Positions 46,839 through 56,792 of a stretch of 64,000 nucleotides of DNA are shown piece by piece. Source of the DNA: an uncultured Bacillota bacterium (lineage in GTDB: Bacteria; Bacillota_I; Bacilli_A; RF39; UBA660); contig CANSAJ010000001.1 of the NCBI GenBank assembly GCA_947644695.1, positions 17,348 through 81,347 on the forward strand. The letters are read 5' to 3'. Below the pieces are notes generated by a model. The model was not told where the DNA came from, searched no databases, and saw only the letters and a list, made by a program, of their open reading frames with translations. The position numbers and the translations under genes were made by a program. The first letter of the stretch is position 1; each line of letters opens with the position of its first letter.

Positions 46839-47975
46839 ATGAATGTTATAGGTATTGTAGCAGAATATAATCCATTTCATAATGGGCATTTATATCAAAT
46901 TAAAAAAGTTAGAGAAATTTATAAAGATGCAATTATAATTGTTGCGCTTAGTGGTAATTTTACAGAGAGAGGTACTTTTAGTATTTTAGATAAGTGGGAT
47001 AAGACTAGATTAGCTCTTCAGTATGGTGTTGATGTAGTTTTGGAAATCCCTTTTGTGTTTTGTAATCAATCTGCTGATAGTTTTAGTTATGCGGCTATAA
47101 AGATGCTTAGTGAGTTTGGAATAGATACTCTTGTGTTTGGTAGTGAAAGCAATAACTTGGAATTACTTACTAATACAGCTCGAGTTCAAATTAATAATCC
47201 TAGTTTTGATAATCTTTTAAAAAAATTTATAAAAGAAGGCTATAACTACCCTACTAGTTTGTCTAAAGCTATTTATGAACTTACTAATGAAAGAGTTAGT
47301 GAAAGTAATGATCTTTTAGCTGTTTCTTATATAAAAGAGATTTTGAAAAATAATTTAAATATTACTATTCTTCCAATTAAAAGAACAAATACTTATTTAG
47401 ATACAGAAAGTGATGAGGATATAGTAAGTGCTGATAATATTAGAAAGAAGTTATTATTAGGTAAAGATATTTCTAGACATGTACCTAGTAAAACTATAGA
47501 ATTTGTAAGATTTTTGGATTATGATAAATTTTTTATGTTACTTAAGTATAAGATTATATCTGATAAGGATGAGATAAGGAGATATCATTTAGTTGATGAA
47601 GGTATACATAATAGAATATATGAAGCAGCACTTATATCAAATAATATTCATGAACTTATTTCTAATGTTAAAACTAAGAGATATACTTTTAATAAGATTA
47701 ATAGAATTCTTATAAATATTTTTACTGGTTTTACTAAAGAGATGGCAAATAAATTCAAGATGTTAGAGTATATTCGAATTCTTGGTTTTTCTGTTAATGG
47801 GCAAAAATATTATAAGAATATTAAGAAGAAAGTTAGTATACCAGTTATTAATAAATTTCAGAAGTATGATATGTTGCAGCTTGAGTTAAAAGTTACTATA
47901 CTTTATTCATTTATTGTAAATGATTTTTCATTAAGAGATAAAGAAGTAAGGAATTTTGCAATTAAAGAAACTTAG
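46839..47975 (+). CDS. tmcAL: tRNA(Met) cytidine acetate ligase TmcAL (YlbM/UPF0348 nucleotidyltransferase)
   Basis: N-terminal HxGH-type nucleotidyltransferase motif (AEYNPFHNGHLYQI). Divergent from yceD-rpmF as in Bacillus ylbM. The likely start is MNVIGI (SD AGGTGA). Confidence 0.8.
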   Translation: MNVIGIVAEYNPFHNGHLYQIKKVREIYKDAIIIVALSGNFTERGTFSILDKWDKTRLALQYGVDVVLEIPFVFCNQSADSFSYAAIKMLSEFGIDTLVFGSESNNLELLTNTARVQINNPSFDNLLKKFIKEGYNYPTSLSKAIYELTNERVSESNDLLAVSYIKEILKNNLNITILPIKRTNTYLDTESDEDIVSADNIRKKLLLGKDISRHVPSKTIEFVRFLDYDKFFMLLKYKIISDKDEIRRYHLVDEGIHNRIYEAALISNNIHELISNVKTKRYTFNKINRILINIFTGFTKEMANKFKMLEYIRILGFSVNGQKYYKNIKKKVSIPVINKFQKYDMLQLELKVTILYSFIVNDFSLRDKEVRNFAIKET

Positions 47976-47993
47976 AAATTGATCTAAGTTCTT

Positions 47994-48854
47994 TTAATTT
48001 ATATTAGAAGGCTTTATATTGACTGTTACATATCTTATATTCATGTCGATTGTTTTTAAATCTTTTTTTATTTTCTTTTCAATTTCATACACTTCTTGTA
48101 GGCTAAGAGAACCATTAAGTATAATATCTATAGTAGCACTATAGTATGGTCCATATTTAAGTAGAGTTACTCTTCTTATTTTTTCTATTATTTTATTTTC
48201 TTTTATTATTTCTTTTAGTTTGTTTAATTTAAGTTCATCTGTTTCTATCTCTCCTAGAATACTGCATATGTTATTTTTTAAAAGTTCAATACCTATTTTT
48301 AATGTAAATATACTCATAATTATACTACCTATTATGTCTGCATATAAGAATAATTTATTTGTGCTTCCAAAGAGAGATATTATAATAAATATTAAAGCTA
48401 AAAGTGAACTATATGTATCATAGCGACTTTCTGTTCCATTTGTTAATAGTATGTTACTATTTAAAGATTTACCTTTTTTTATTAAATATGAACTTAAAAT
48501 ATATTTTGCAATTATACTTATAATTATAATTGCAGCGCTATAGATGTTAGTTGGTTTTACTCTTCCGTTTAATGAGTTTATTAATATTCCTATTCCTAGA
48601 GATATTATTAGTAAGCTTATAATTATACTAGTTAAATATTCTATTTTACCATGTCCGTATGGATGTTTTTTGTCTGGCTTTTTACCAGCTAATTTGGAAC
48701 CAATTAACCCGATGATATCTGTAAGCATATCACTTAGGCAGTGTACTGCATCAGCTAAAAGGGTTTTTGAGTGACTAAAAAGAGAACCTAGTAATTTAAG
48801 AATAGTTAGACTTAAATTTACTAGGAAACTTTTTAGCATTATTTTTGTTATCAT
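47994..48854 (-). CDS. Cation diffusion facilitator family metal efflux transporter
   Basis: Six TM helices with HCLSDMLTD and HPYGHGKIEY signatures, plus a C-terminal cytoplasmic domain. Confidence 0.85.
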   Translation of the reverse strand: MITKIMLKSFLVNLSLTILKLLGSLFSHSKTLLADAVHCLSDMLTDIIGLIGSKLAGKKPDKKHPYGHGKIEYLTSIIISLLIISLGIGILINSLNGRVKPTNIYSAAIIIISIIAKYILSSYLIKKGKSLNSNILLTNGTESRYDTYSSLLALIFIIISLFGSTNKLFLYADIIGSIIMSIFTLKIGIELLKNNICSILGEIETDELKLNKLKEIIKENKIIEKIRRVTLLKYGPYYSATIDIILNGSLSLQEVYEIEKKIKKDLKTIDMNIRYVTVNIKPSNIN

Positions 48855-48866
48855 ATTAAATTACAC

Positions 48867-51449
48867 CTACTTTACGTTATACCAGTCTGTGCCTGAATCT
48901 ATTTCTACTTTTACTGGTACTAATAATTTATATGTGTTTTCCATAATATTGACAACTATTTTTTCCATAATTTCTTTTTCGTTTTCTGGTACAGTGAATA
49001 CTAATTCATCATGTACTTGTATTATTAGTTGACTTTTTAATCCGCGACTAGTTAGTTCTTTATCTACTTCTATCATAGCCTTTTTTATTATATCAGCACT
49101 GCTTCCTTGTATTGGTGTATTTAAGGCCATTCTTTCTCCAGATTTTTGGATTATGTAATTTGGATTTTTTAGTTCATCAATTTCTCTTTTCCTGTTCATT
49201 ATTGTTCTTACATAACCTTTTTCTTTAGCATATGTTACTATGTCTTCCATGTATTTTTTTACTCCAGGATACATTGTTAGGTATTTGTTTATAAACTTAT
49301 TTGCTTCTTTTGCATTTAAGCTTAAGTTTTCTCCTAGTCCAAAACCACTTATTCCATACACTATTCCGAATATTACTGCTTTAGCAGTTCTTCTCATGTC
49401 TTTTGTTACTGAAGAAGTTTCTACTCCATAAATATCACTGGCTACTTTAGTATGTATGTCTTCATGATTATTAAAAGCACTTATTAATGATTCACATTTA
49501 GAAATGTGTGCTAGTAGTCTTAGTTCTATTTGACTATAGTCAGATGTCATAATTATACTGTTCTCTTCTGGCAAAAATGCTTTTCTTATTTTTTTACCTT
49601 CTTCATTTCTTATTGGAATATTTTGTAAATTTGGTTCAGCTGAAGAAAGTCTTCCTGTTCTAGTTATGGCTTGTTTAAAGATTGTATGAATTTTACCATC
49701 TTCCATTATATATTTATTTAAACTATCCATGTAAGTATTCATTAGTTTGTTTAAGTTCCTATGTTCTAGTATTAATGGAATTATAGGATGTAAGTCATAA
49801 TATTTCATTAATGTATCGTGGTTAGTAGGATATCCATTTCTGCCTTTTTTCTTTCCATGTGGAAGATCTAATTTTTCAAATAGTATTTCACCTAGTTGTT
49901 TAGGACTAGATATATTAAATGTTTCTCCTGCATAGCTATATATTTCTTTACTTAAGATTTCAAGTTTAACTTCTATTTCATGTTTCATTTCATCAATTGT
50001 ACTGCTACTTACTTTTATACCTGTCATTTCCATTTTTGCTAATACATTTATTAATGGCATTTCTATATTATTAAATAAATCTAACATTTCTTCTTTTTCT
50101 AGTTCACTTATATAATCATCTTTAGTCATATAGACAAATTCGCTTTTTAAACATAAATTTCTTACGAATATATTTTCATCTAAAACTTTTCCTTTTTTTA
50201 TCATATTGTCTAGAAATTCAATATTGTAGCCTTTTGTATTAGATAAATAGCTAATGTCTTCTTTTACATTATAATTTAGTAAATATGCAGCTATCATAGT
50301 ATCAAATTTACAGTTTGGAAGTTCTATACCTAAACGCTTTAGAACAACTATGCTTTTTTTTAAATCATACGTACTAATAGCATGAGTGAATATATTTTTA
50401 TTTTTAATTATAGCGTCTTCATTTAAATAATAGCATGTATTTCCTTCAAATATAGTTAAACCTAATATATTAGCGCGGTGATAGTTTTCTTCATTTACTT
50501 CTAGATAAAATGCAAAGTCTGTTTGTATATCAATTGTGTCTTCTACTATTACCATGTTAATTTCTTTTTTGCTTGTTTGTTTAGTTTCTTTTTTTATAAG
50601 TGAAAAGAATTCAAGATCTTCATATATACTCATTAACTCCTTATTATTTTTTTCTTTTATTTTTAAATCTTCGAATGTCATTTCTAATGGTACTTCTCTA
50701 TATATAGTTGCTAGTTCTTTAGAGAAGAATGCATTTTCTTTGTCACTTATTAGTTTTTCTTTAGTTTTTCCTTTTATTCTATCAATATTATCATATATTT
50801 CTTCAAGTGTTTCATATTCTTTTAGAAGAGTTAATGCAGTTTTTTCACCTATTCCTTTTACTCCAGGAATATTATCGCTAGCATCGCCTTGCAGTGCTTT
50901 TAAATCTATTATTCTTATTGGCTCGATTCCATATGTTTCTTTAAATGTTATTTCATTCATCAATATGTAGTCTTTTTGTTTTAAAAGTTTAACGTCTACA
51001 TCTTTACTTATTAGTTGTAATAAGTCTTTGTCGCTACTTACTATTGTGGCATCATAGCAATCATCTTCATCTGCCATTCTCGCAAATGTACCGATTATAT
51101 CATCTGCTTCATAATTGTCTATACTAATAGCTACAATACCTAAGGCATCTAATATTTTATATGCTAAAGGGAATTGTTTTAATAAATCGTTTGGAGTTTC
51201 TATTCTACCCGCTTTATAATTTTCATATTTTTCATGTCTAAAGTTTTTTCCTTTATCAAATGCTACCATTATGTATTCTGGATTTTCTTCAGTTAATATT
51301 TTATTTATCATGTTAATAAAACCATAAAGTGCATTTGTAGGAAAGCCTTTTGAGTTTTTCATTAAATTGCCATTATATGCTGTTGCATAATAGCTTCTAA
51401 ATAGTAAGTTATTTCCATCTATTAGTATAGCTCTTTTCATCATTATCAC
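48867..51449 (-). CDS. polA: DNA polymerase I
   Basis: N-terminal 5'-3' exonuclease domain. C-terminal family A polymerase motifs (RRTAKAVIFGIVYGISGFGL; QVHDELVF). 860 aa. Confidence 0.93.
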   Translation of the reverse strand: MIMMKRAILIDGNNLLFRSYYATAYNGNLMKNSKGFPTNALYGFINMINKILTEENPEYIMVAFDKGKNFRHEKYENYKAGRIETPNDLLKQFPLAYKILDALGIVAISIDNYEADDIIGTFARMADEDDCYDATIVSSDKDLLQLISKDVDVKLLKQKDYILMNEITFKETYGIEPIRIIDLKALQGDASDNIPGVKGIGEKTALTLLKEYETLEEIYDNIDRIKGKTKEKLISDKENAFFSKELATIYREVPLEMTFEDLKIKEKNNKELMSIYEDLEFFSLIKKETKQTSKKEINMVIVEDTIDIQTDFAFYLEVNEENYHRANILGLTIFEGNTCYYLNEDAIIKNKNIFTHAISTYDLKKSIVVLKRLGIELPNCKFDTMIAAYLLNYNVKEDISYLSNTKGYNIEFLDNMIKKGKVLDENIFVRNLCLKSEFVYMTKDDYISELEKEEMLDLFNNIEMPLINVLAKMEMTGIKVSSSTIDEMKHEIEVKLEILSKEIYSYAGETFNISSPKQLGEILFEKLDLPHGKKKGRNGYPTNHDTLMKYYDLHPIIPLILEHRNLNKLMNTYMDSLNKYIMEDGKIHTIFKQAITRTGRLSSAEPNLQNIPIRNEEGKKIRKAFLPEENSIIMTSDYSQIELRLLAHISKCESLISAFNNHEDIHTKVASDIYGVETSSVTKDMRRTAKAVIFGIVYGISGFGLGENLSLNAKEANKFINKYLTMYPGVKKYMEDIVTYAKEKGYVRTIMNRKREIDELKNPNYIIQKSGERMALNTPIQGSSADIIKKAMIEVDKELTSRGLKSQLIIQVHDELVFTVPENEKEIMEKIVVNIMENTYKLLVPVKVEIDSGTDWYNVK

Positions 51450-51556
51450 CTATTTAAAGTATAACATAGATGACTTTTTTTAGAAAGGTCATTTATTAGT
51501 GTGAGTGAGAAAATTGGCATTTTTTGCCATATTTTAGGGAAATTTTTTATAGAAAA

Positions 51557-51577
51557 AAGAACTCAAAAAAGTTCTTT
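51557..51577 (-). terminator. Rho-independent terminator of polC
   Basis: AAGAACT-7nt-AGTTCTT stem overlapping the polC stop, followed on the minus strand by TTTTTCTAT. Confidence 0.5.
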
Positions 51578-54500
51578 ATACAAATAAATCTAAGCTAAGT
51601 TGACTACTTTCTGGTAATTCGTCTAATACACCAAGGCCTCTCATTACATCTATTAATGTTTGAGATACTTTTCCTCTTATTTGTAAATCTTCTATACTTA
51701 CAAATGGTCTATCGTTTCTTTCTTCGACTATTTTCTTTGCGGCTACATCTCCCATTCCTTCAAGTGCTGTAAATGGTGGTATTAATCCTGTTCCGTCTTT
51801 ATTTATTTTAAACATTGTTGCTTCGCTTTCTGTTAAGCTAATGTTGTCAAAGTGAAATCCTCGATGCATCATTTCATTACATATAGAGAGAGAAGATAAT
51901 ATTGATTCTTCTTTGTTAGTTCTTTCATATCCTTTTGCTTCTAGATTCTCTATAGCTTGTTTTACTATGCTATGTCCTTTTATCATTGACTCAATATCAA
52001 AATCAGATTGTCTTATGCTTAAATAGACTCTGTAATAATTAAGTGGATGATATAATTTAAACCATGCTACTCTGAATCCATTTATTACATATGCAGCTGC
52101 GTGGGCTTTTGGAAACATGTATTTTATTTTTTCACAAGATTTGATATACCAATCTGGTACTGTATGCGCAGCCATTATTTCTTTAAATTCTATCCATTTA
52201 TCTGGTTCTTTAGCTGTTTTACCTTTACGAATAAATTCACTCATTTTGAATGCTGTTCCATTATCTATTCCACATTTTATTAAGTATATCATTATATCAT
52301 CACGACATCCAATTACTTTATCAAATTCACATATTCCATCTACAATTAAGTCTCTTGCATTTCCATTCCAAACATCAGTACCATGTGATAATCCTGATAT
52401 TTTTATTAAGTCAGCAAATTTTGTTGGTCTTATTTCTTCTAACATTTTTATTACAAAGTTTGTACCAAATTCAGGTACTCCGAATGTTCCTGTGGCGCAT
52501 TTTATTTCTTCTGAAGTTACTCCTAAAGCTTCTGGACTATTAAATAAACTTAGTACTCCTCGATCATCTAATGGTATGTCATTTATATCAATTTGTACAT
52601 CATCACTTAAATATTTTAAAACTGTTGGATCATCGTGTCCAAGTATATCAAGTTTTAAAACATTTTCTTCTATATCATGGAATTCAAAGTGTGTTGTATA
52701 CCAAGCTGCTTCTGTATTTTCTGCTGGATATTGATATGGAGTGAAGTCAAATACGTCTTTATAATCTGGAATAACTATTATTCCACCTGGGTGTTGTCCA
52801 CTGGTTCTTTTTATTCCTGTTATTCCTTTTGCAAGTCTTTCCATTTCTGGTCTTCTCATTGTTATGCCTTTGTCTTCAGCATATATTTTTACAAATCCAA
52901 ATGCTGTTTTTTCGGCTATGGTTGATACTGTTCCTGCACGATATACATTATGTTCACCAAATAAAACTTTAGTGTAATCGTGAGAGAATGCTTGATATTC
53001 GCTTGCTAAGTTTAAGTCTATATCTGGAGTTTTATCTGCATTAAATCCTAGGAATGTTTCAAATGGTATATCTTGTCCTTGTCTTTTCATAAGTGCACCA
53101 CATTCACAAGTTCTTTCTGGCATATCAAATCCACTTCCATAGCTTAAGTTAAGAGGGTTTCCTTCGTCGTCAGTAAATATACTTTTTTTACAATTTGGGC
53201 ATACATAGTGTGGTGGTAATGGATTAACTTCAGTTATACCGCAGAAAGTTGCAACTAGACTTGAGCCTACGCTACCACGAGAACCCACAATGTATCCGTG
53301 TGCATTTGAGTCTTCAACTAGACGTTGTGCGATTAAGTAAATAACATCGTATCCACCATTAATTATTCCTGATAGTTCTTTATCTAAACGAGTTGCGATT
53401 AATTCAGGTAATTCTTCTCCATATATTTTTGTGGCATTTCCATAAACTGTATCTTTTATTATTTGTACTGAGTTTTCCATTCTTGGTGGGTTTAATCCAG
53501 GTTTTACAATTTCTACATCTTCAAACATATCTGCTATTAGATTAGAGTTAGTTACTACAATTTCGTATGCTTTTTCAGTTCCTAAGAATTCAAATTCATT
53601 TAGCATTTCGTTAGTTGTCATAAAGTAGGCATTAGGTATAGTTTTTATACTTGGTTTATATAAAGGATGGAATCCACCACCTGGTTGTTTTTGAGTTATT
53701 AAAATTTCTCTATATATATTGTCTTCTGGGTCTAATGTATGAACATCACCTGTTGCGACTACCATTTTACCTATTTTTTCAGCACATTTAACAATTTTTG
53801 TAATTATATTGTATATATCAGATTTACTAGATACATCACCACTTTCTATTAAATAATCAGTTATAGATGGTGGGTTTACTTCTATAAAATCATAATATTT
53901 CATTAAACTCATAAGTTCATCTTCGCCACTTCTTTTTGCAGCTTCAAATATTTCTCCATTGACACATCCAGAGCCTATTAATAAACCTTCTCTTAAACTA
54001 GATAATACACTTTTTGGAGTTCGTGGAGTTCTATAAAAGTATTTTGTTGTAGCATAACTTATTATTTTAAACATGTTTTTTAGTCCAGTGTTGTTTTTTG
54101 CAAATGCAGTTATGTGATAAGGCCTATTTGTTTTATAAGCAAGTGATGGATCTACCATGTTTTTAAGATCACTTATAGTTTCGTAACTAGTTCCTAAATC
54201 TTTTATCATTTTGTCAAAAACATATGCAGTTCCCTCTGCGTCGTAATCTGCACGGTGGTGAGCATTTTCATCCCATGGTACATTGTATCTCTTTACCAAA
54301 GCGGTTAAATTGTGTCTTCCAGAATCAGGGTTTTGTGCTTTACTTATTTCCATTGTATCTATTACTACATTGTCAAATGTTCCAAGGTTGTATTTTTTAT
54401 AAGCGCTTTCCATAAATGAAATATCAAAACGGGCGTTTTGTGCGACCATTGGTGCGCTACCTATCCATTCTTTGAATTTTCTAGTTACAGTTTCTTCATT

Positions 54501-55877
54501 ATCTTTATCTTTTAGCATTTCATCAGTTATGTTAGTAATGGATGTTATTTCTTCTCTTAGAGGACGACCTGGGTTTATTAATTCGTCAAATCTATCAGTG
54601 ATAGTTCCGTTTTTAATTTTTACAGCACCTATTTCTATCATTTGATCACCAGCAGAGGCGTTGAATCCTGTTGTTTCTGTATCAAATACAACATATTCTG
54701 TATCTTTTATAGGTATATCACTATCTTTATTTATGATTAAAATTTCATCATTTACTGCGAATAATTCTACTCCAAAGAGTACTTTTATGTCACCTTTCTT
54801 TTTATAAACTTTTGGGAAGCATTGAATTCCATTTTTGTCTGTTATTCCAACAGCTTTATGTCCAAAGTGAGCTACTTTTTTTAGAAGTTTGTCTGGAGCA
54901 ATTAATCCATCCATTTGGCTCATTGTAGTGTGACAATGAAGTTCTACTCTTTTTACTTCTGCATCATCAGTTCTTTTTACTGTTTCTCTATTAAATGTTT
55001 CTACATCTCTTATATTTAATACTAAGTCGCCTACATATGTATCATGTTTTACATAGCCTTTTATTTTATACCAAGAACCTTCTTGTATTCTTTTTGATAG
55101 TGTTTTTGCAACTTCTTTATCTTTTGTAAATATTTTGGCTATTAGTGAATCTGTGTAATCACTTATTTTGTATGTAAATATGGTAAAGCCTTTTGCTGTT
55201 TCTACTACATCTATTCCAAATACAAATACTTCTACGCAGACATCAGACATTTCAGCGATTATGTGTTTTAAGTCTATTTTTTTAGAACGAATTTCATTTC
55301 CAAAAATAACACTTGTTTCTTTTATAACTGGTTTTATATCTAGTTCAGTTATTTTTTTTTGTTTTATTAACTCTTGTGATTCATTCATTTTTTCATCATT
55401 GATTTCTGGTATTATTTCTATAAATTTATATCCCATGTTTTCTAGGAATTCTTTCATATCATTTTGTATGCTTTTTATTTTTTCTATTTCTGCTGTGTTA
55501 GCAACTTCTATTTTTATAGTTGAATCTTCTACAATAAAGTCACTTTCTTTAATGCTATTTAACATCGGACATTTATCTTGGTATTTTTTGAATATATAAA
55601 TAGCATAGTCTTTTAATAAGTCATTAGTACCATGATTGAATACAAAATATACTTTTTCTACTTCTTTTAAGTTATTTGATTTTTCACATAGTATATTAAA
55701 CGTATCAGTATCTATCATTTTATTTAATGTAATGTATAATGTCCAACTCTTTTCTTGGGTGTCCACTACTACTTTTTCTACTTTCGAATCTAAAAATTTT
55801 TCTTCTAAATCTTTATCAAAATTTATTTTATTAAAAAATCTTAATAGTTTGTCATCCATTATTACACCTTCTAACAT
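51576..55877 (-). CDS. polC: DNA polymerase III PolC-type (Gram-positive replicative polymerase)
   Basis: 1433 aa. OB domain, split PHP, inserted DEDDh 3'-5' exonuclease (VVFDTETTG), polymerase core and C-terminal tandem HhH. Confidence 0.97.
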   Translation of the reverse strand: MLEGVIMDDKLLRFFNKINFDKDLEEKFLDSKVEKVVVDTQEKSWTLYITLNKMIDTDTFNILCEKSNNLKEVEKVYFVFNHGTNDLLKDYAIYIFKKYQDKCPMLNSIKESDFIVEDSTIKIEVANTAEIEKIKSIQNDMKEFLENMGYKFIEIIPEINDEKMNESQELIKQKKITELDIKPVIKETSVIFGNEIRSKKIDLKHIIAEMSDVCVEVFVFGIDVVETAKGFTIFTYKISDYTDSLIAKIFTKDKEVAKTLSKRIQEGSWYKIKGYVKHDTYVGDLVLNIRDVETFNRETVKRTDDAEVKRVELHCHTTMSQMDGLIAPDKLLKKVAHFGHKAVGITDKNGIQCFPKVYKKKGDIKVLFGVELFAVNDEILIINKDSDIPIKDTEYVVFDTETTGFNASAGDQMIEIGAVKIKNGTITDRFDELINPGRPLREEITSITNITDEMLKDKDNEETVTRKFKEWIGSAPMVAQNARFDISFMESAYKKYNLGTFDNVVIDTMEISKAQNPDSGRHNLTALVKRYNVPWDENAHHRADYDAEGTAYVFDKMIKDLGTSYETISDLKNMVDPSLAYKTNRPYHITAFAKNNTGLKNMFKIISYATTKYFYRTPRTPKSVLSSLREGLLIGSGCVNGEIFEAAKRSGEDELMSLMKYYDFIEVNPPSITDYLIESGDVSSKSDIYNIITKIVKCAEKIGKMVVATGDVHTLDPEDNIYREILITQKQPGGGFHPLYKPSIKTIPNAYFMTTNEMLNEFEFLGTEKAYEIVVTNSNLIADMFEDVEIVKPGLNPPRMENSVQIIKDTVYGNATKIYGEELPELIATRLDKELSGIINGGYDVIYLIAQRLVEDSNAHGYIVGSRGSVGSSLVATFCGITEVNPLPPHYVCPNCKKSIFTDDEGNPLNLSYGSGFDMPERTCECGALMKRQGQDIPFETFLGFNADKTPDIDLNLASEYQAFSHDYTKVLFGEHNVYRAGTVSTIAEKTAFGFVKIYAEDKGITMRRPEMERLAKGITGIKRTSGQHPGGIIVIPDYKDVFDFTPYQYPAENTEAAWYTTHFEFHDIEENVLKLDILGHDDPTVLKYLSDDVQIDINDIPLDDRGVLSLFNSPEALGVTSEEIKCATGTFGVPEFGTNFVIKMLEEIRPTKFADLIKISGLSHGTDVWNGNARDLIVDGICEFDKVIGCRDDIMIYLIKCGIDNGTAFKMSEFIRKGKTAKEPDKWIEFKEIMAAHTVPDWYIKSCEKIKYMFPKAHAAAYVINGFRVAWFKLYHPLNYYRVYLSIRQSDFDIESMIKGHSIVKQAIENLEAKGYERTNKEESILSSLSICNEMMHRGFHFDNISLTESEATMFKINKDGTGLIPPFTALEGMGDVAAKKIVEERNDRPFVSIEDLQIRGKVSQTLIDVMRGLGVLDELPESSQLSLDLFV

Positions 55878-55946
55878 CTACATTTTATTATAACAGTATA
55901 GATATAGAAGTATCAAGAGCATTATTTCTATTTTAGATGGAAATAT

Positions 55947-56456
55947 TTATAATTTAATTTTTACTTTTACTCTATTATATTCATTGCATTTTTCTTCTAA
56001 TAATTTAAAGTTGCAGCATCTTTTCATTATGTTTTCAGGAAGATTATTATTTGTGTAATCAAAATATAGTGCTTTGGCTCTGGTTATTACTAAATTATAG
56101 TTTCTATTTAACCAATAGACTTGAGACTTTAATAAATTACTATAATTTATATCATTTTTATCATTAGTGTTAATTATAGTTATGTTTGAAGATTTTACTG
56201 GCAGCATATTATTATAATTAATCGCTCCTAAGTCACCATTATTTAATCTTAAGAAGTCAATTGTATCATACATTTTTGAATGTTTAGGTTTTGGACTAGA
56301 TAATGGTGCAAAATATAATAATTCATTTACACTAAATAAAATACCCACAAATGGTCTCAACTTTTTATTGTTATGATTATATGGTACACGATTGTCAAAT
56401 TTTCTTAAATAATCACAATAATCTTTATTTATTAATGCTAGTTTTATTTTTTGCAT
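55947..56456 (-). CDS. toxN: Type III toxin ToxN/AbiQ-family endoribonuclease
   Basis: The 169-aa product from the internal Met (MQKIKLALINKDYCDYLRKFDNRVPY...) aligns closely with lactococcal AbiQ (YLKEFDDKVPN; FIGIV...YLAPLTSPKKWH; CNFSLLEEKY). The supplied ORF (to 56525) is extended upstream to an earlier ATG. Confidence 0.85.
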   Translation of the reverse strand: MQKIKLALINKDYCDYLRKFDNRVPYNHNNKKLRPFVGILFSVNELLYFAPLSSPKPKHSKMYDTIDFLRLNNGDLGAINYNNMLPVKSSNITIINTNDKNDINYSNLLKSQVYWLNRNYNLVITRAKALYFDYTNNNLPENIMKRCCNFKLLEEKCNEYNRVKVKIKL

Positions 56457-56512
56457 GTGTTCTCCTTTCTTTGGTTTTTTATAATGTATTTTTTTGATTT
56501 CTGTCAAATAAA

Positions 56513-56540
56513 ACACTAAAGACAAATGTCCTTAGTGTTA
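56513..56540 (-). terminator. Hairpin between antitoxin repeats and toxin gene (intra-operon terminator/attenuator, as in ToxIN loci)
   Basis: AACACTAAGGACA-tt-TGTCTTTAGTGTT, a 13-bp stem with 1 mismatch, followed on the minus strand by TTATTTGA. Confidence 0.4.
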
Positions 56541-56550
56541 CTTTTTTGAT

Positions 56551-56694
56551 TTCCTGTCTCAGCCGGAATCGCTCAACTTTTTTAACTTCCTGTCTCAGCC
56601 GGAATCGCTCAACTTTTTTAATTTCCTGTCTCAGCCGGAATCGCTCAACTTTTTTTATTTCCTGTCTCAGCCGGAATCGCTCAACTTTTTTAAT
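56551..56694 (-). ncRNA. toxI: ToxI/antiQ-like antitoxin RNA: four tandem 36-nt direct repeats
   Basis: Plus-strand unit TTCCTGTCTCAGCCGGAATCGCTCAACTTTTTTAA(C/T) repeated 4 times (one unit is 37 nt). It is GC-richer than the surrounding DNA. It is on the same strand as, and immediately upstream of, the ToxN/AbiQ-like gene. Confidence 0.75.
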
Positions 56695-56730
56695 TTTTAT
56701 TAAATATTACATAATTTCTTATGTAGTCTA

Positions 56731-56759
56731 ATATTACCACTTATTCTCTTGCATGTCAA
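56731..56759 (-). promoter_or_regulatory. Sigma-A promoter for the toxI-toxN operon
   Basis: The minus strand reads TTGACA-17nt-TAATAT about 35 nt upstream of the first repeat. Confidence 0.5.
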
Positions 56760-56792
56760 TAGATTATAATTTGGGTTTTAAATCTTATTATT

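Noticed and set aside
51515-51529. Small hairpin TGGCA-TTTTT-TGCCA between polA and polC
   Set aside because: It is only a 5-bp stem on the non-coding orientation relative to both flanking genes, and is probably fortuitous.
56551-56694. Possibility that the 36-nt repeats are a CRISPR array
   Set aside because: The units are directly contiguous with no spacers. There are no cas genes, and an AbiQ/ToxN homolog lies immediately downstream, which fits a type III TA antitoxin.
56546-56731. 61-aa plus-strand ORF MISCLSRNRSTFLTSCLSRNRSTF... with internal peptide repeats
   Set aside because: It is an artefact of translating the 36-nt toxI tandem repeats. It has no start context and lies on the strand opposite the promoter and toxN.
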